Below, in pieces: positions 61,086 through 64,000 of a stretch of 64,000 nucleotides of DNA. Numbering within the stretch: the stretch's first letter is position 1; each line of letters begins with the position of its first letter. The notes beneath the pieces were generated by a model. That model ran no database searches. It was not told the DNA's origin and worked only from the letters and a program-made list of their open reading frames with translations. The DNA is from an uncultured delta proteobacterium (GTDB lineage Bacteria > Myxococcota_A > Polyangia > Fen-1088): contig CAWCMR010000026.1 of NCBI GenBank assembly GCA_963796685.1, positions 51,031 to 115,030 on the forward strand. Direction: 5' to 3'. The position numbers and the translations under genes were made by a program.

Positions 61086-62511
61086 ATGGCCGGGAAGCCC
61101 AGGCGATTGGTCGCAAGCGGATTCGCGCGCCTGGGGGCCGTCGTGGTCTTGCTCGGGGGGTGCACCGGCGACCGCGTGGTCATCGGCGCGCAGATGTGTC
61201 CCGACGTCTCTGGCGGACCGCCCGGAGTCGAGCCCTTGCCCAGCCCCAAGCAAGTCGCGCTTCAGCGGTTTGAGCTCACGGCTTATCTTCATTTCGGTCT
61301 GGCCACCTACGACTCAGGCACGACGCCTCCGGCCTCCTCATTCAATCCGACCAGCTTCGACGCCAAAGAATGGGTGGCCGAGCTCAAGAACGCGGGTTTC
61401 CGCCAGGCGGTTCTCGTGGCCAAGCACGAGAACGGGTTCTGCCTTTGGCCAACGGCCACCACCGATTATTCGGTGAAGAGCAGCCCTTGGAAAAATGGGC
61501 AAGGGGACGTAGTGAAGGAATTCACGGATGCGGCGCGCGCGGCAGGGATGCGTGCGGGACTTTACCTGTCGCCCGTGGACCACTATTTCCCGAGCACGAG
61601 CGCCGCCTACGAGCCCTATCTGCGCAACCAGCTGACCGAGCTTCTATCGAACTACGGCCCCATTTTCGAGATCAAATTCCCCGGCGATAACGCGCCGGCC
61701 ACGGTGGACTGGGCGGGCATCGCACAACTTGCCCATGAATTGCAGCCCGACACGCTGGTTTGGATAGGTCCCGAGATCGCCACGACAGGATCCGACTCTC
61801 GCTACGCCGGCATTCGCGGGACGCGCGCCACGTCGAGCGTGGCCGACGTTCCCAATGGCGGTCCGACAAACGTATGGTACCCGGCGGAAGTCGAGGTTCC
61901 CGATCGTCCCAACAATCAGTGGTTCTGGAGACTCCACCATCGCAGAGATCTCCCTGAGCCAACTGCAATCGATCTACTTCACGTCGGTCGGCATGAACAC
62001 GACCCTGGTATTCAACGTGCCGCCTTCACCCACTGGCCAGTTCGACACGCAGGAGGTTCAATTGTTACGAGATTTCGGGGACTGGTACGCCTCGCTCTAC
62101 CGGACGAACCTGGTGCACGCGCAACCGATCACCGCCGACAGCACCTGGGCCAGTCCGGGTTTCGATGCGGCCAAGGCCGTGGACGACGACATTTGCACCA
62201 GCTGGGCGGCAGCCAGCGGGGCGACCTCGGGTCGGCTGGAGGTGACGCCGCGTTCGCCGGTGACGTTCACGGTCATCAGCTTGCGAGAGCCCATCGAACG
62301 GGGCGAGCGGGTCACCGCCTACCACATCGAAATTAGGCAAAACGGGACCTGGGACCGGGCCCCGATGGATGCGTCGGGGGTGACGATCGCTGGCTCGGTC
62401 GTCGGTCAGCGCCAGCTCTGGCAGGTCAACCCAACCACCGTAGACGCCATAGCCTTGGTGATCGACGCCGCCAGGGGCGAGCCCGCCATCGCGGAGCTCG
62501 GTCTGTATTAA
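61086..62511 (+). CDS. GH29 alpha-L-fucosidase-like lipoprotein + F5/8 (CBM32-like) domain, frameshift at about 61929
   Basis: Lipobox LGGC; YLHFG, AKHENGFCLWPT, QLTELLSNYGP, WYPAE, SVGMN..FNVPP; AAKAVDDD..W. Confidence 0.8.
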
Positions 62512-62528
62512 ACCCGTACCTGACCAAC

Positions 62529-62555
62529 GAATCTCTGGCAGGCCGGGAACTAAAG
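62529..62555 (+). promoter_or_regulatory. Candidate ECF promoter (possibly leaderless) of the last GH2 gene
   Basis: GAATC-N14-AACTAAAG ending 3 nt before ATG 62559. Confidence 0.5.
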
Positions 62556-62558
62556 GGC

Positions 62559-64000
62559 ATGGCGCACAGGACGAAGCACTTTCTGCTCTTCATCATCCTC
62601 GGTGGTCTTGTGGCTTTTCCGATCGCCGGTTGTGGGAAGGGAAATGGTACTGCTGGCACGGGCGGAACGCAGTCCACATCCAGCTCGCGCGGCGGTCAAT
62701 CTGGTTCGGGCGGAACAGCGGGTTCAGGAAGTACCAGCAACAGCGGTGGAATATCAGGCAGTGGCGGCTTGTCCAGCGTCGGCGGCTCCAGTGCGACGGG
62801 CGGCTCGTCCGTGGGTGGCTCCGCCGCAACGGGTGGCTCGTCCGAGGTTGGCGGCACAACCGGGAAGGGAGGCTCCAGCACGGGCGGCACCGCAGGGAAA
62901 GGCGGAGGCGCTGGCGGAGCTTCGACGGGCGGTGGCGCGGGGGCAGGCGGCACATCAAGCGATCGCGCGGGCAGTGGGGGGACCGCTGGCGGCGGCTCAG
63001 GAGCGCCATCCGGTGGTCAGCCTGGCAGCGGCGGGTCGTCGGGCACCGGCGGAGCCCTATCCGCTGGTCCTCGCCTGATCCAGAACTTCAACCAATCTTG
63101 GAAGTTCAAACGAGCCGATGTCACGGGTGCGGAGGCAACCGCCTTCGATGACTCTTCGTGGGGCAACGTGGGTCTCCCCCATTCGTTCAATCTGCCCAAC
63201 TTTCTGTCGACGAAGTTCTACGTCGGCTACGGCTGGTATAGGAAACACTTCACGGTCCCGGCGTCCTGGTCGAGCAAGAGCGTAGCCATCGAGTTCCAGG
63301 CCGCCTTCGACCAAGCGCAGATCTACGTCAACGGCAAGCAGGTCGGCCAACACATCGGCGGCTACAATGGGTTTTCGATCGATATCACCTCGGCCATCCA
63401 GACCGGTGACAACGTCGTGGCGGTTCGTTTGAACAACAACTGGAATGCACAAATCCCGCCCATCACGGGCGATCACATCTTCTACGGCGGCCTGTATCGA
63501 GACGTGAATGTCGTTGTCACTGACCCGTTGCACGTCACCTGGTACGGCACCTGGGTCACGACGCCCACGCTGGCGACAAATTCTGGCTCCTCTAGCACCG
63601 TAGAGATCAAGACGGAAGTGCAGAACAACCGCTCGGCCGCGGTTAACGCCACGCTGAAGACCGACATCGTGGACAATACCGGCAAGGTGATCACCACCAT
63701 TTCGTCGCCACAGCAGATCGCCGCGGGTGCGACGGTGACCTTCGATCAGACGACGCCCGCCATCAGCAGCCCCTCGCTGTGGCACCCCGACCATCCGACG
63801 ATGTACATGGCGCTTTCCTACCTTTCCGACGGCACTGGGAACGTGGACAACTTCACGACGCCGTTCGGGTTCCGCTGGTTCACCTGGTCGGGGTCGCAGG
63901 GCTCTCGCTGAACGGCTCACACTATTGGATCCAGGGCGCGAATGTGCATCAGGACCACGCGGGCTGGGCCAATGGCGTGGCCGACTCGGCGCTGTACCGT
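62559..64000 (+). CDS. GH2 beta-galactosidase-like lipoprotein with Gly-rich linker (runs off window; frameshift at about 63903)
   Basis: Lipobox IAGC; GWYRKHF, GGLYRDV, LWHPDHP, FGFRWF; next frame SLNGSH..GANVHQDHAG. Confidence 0.85.

Overview
High-GC bacterial DNA whose gene content (lipoproteins with Gly-rich linkers, a MYXO-CTERM protein, an ECF sigma/anti-sigma cluster, a type IV pilin) points to Myxococcota, probably Polyangia. Layout: (1) 1-6.8 kb, a WtpABC/ModABC-like oxyanion ABC operon with a polyferredoxin membrane protein and a PQQ-like beta-propeller, plus a convergent pilin with a sigma54 promoter; (2) 7-20 kb, a J-domain protein, a small MITE-like element, a pal-tolQRAB operon, a MotB-like protein and a CheB-CheR-PAS-kinase-REC hybrid; (3) 21-35 kb, a defence/DNA-metabolism-like stretch (SNF2+SWIM+VF530, RHH+Fic, SbcDC, ParA, AlbA_2-HATPase); (4) 35-48 kb, surface lipoproteins, RCC1-like repeat proteins, a complete ISL3 with 8-bp target duplication, a PIN TA pair and a 3'-half tRNA-Val att-like scar; (5) 48-51 kb, a mosaic of abutting gene fragments; (6) 51-64 kb, a cluster of tethered glycoside hydrolases (GH2, GH27, GH43-like, GH29-like, GH2) around an OM-protein/ECF sigma/anti-sigma module. 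Best candidate for an undescribed system: a TonB-receptor-free trans-envelope glycan-sensing module (OM protein + ECF sigma + anti-sigma + catalytically degenerate GH29 lipoprotein) with repeated GAATC-N13/14-(A/C)AC(T/C) motifs upstream of the sigma gene and three hydrolases. About eight small frameshifts suggest consensus errors. All family calls come from motif recognition by eye; no database was searched.
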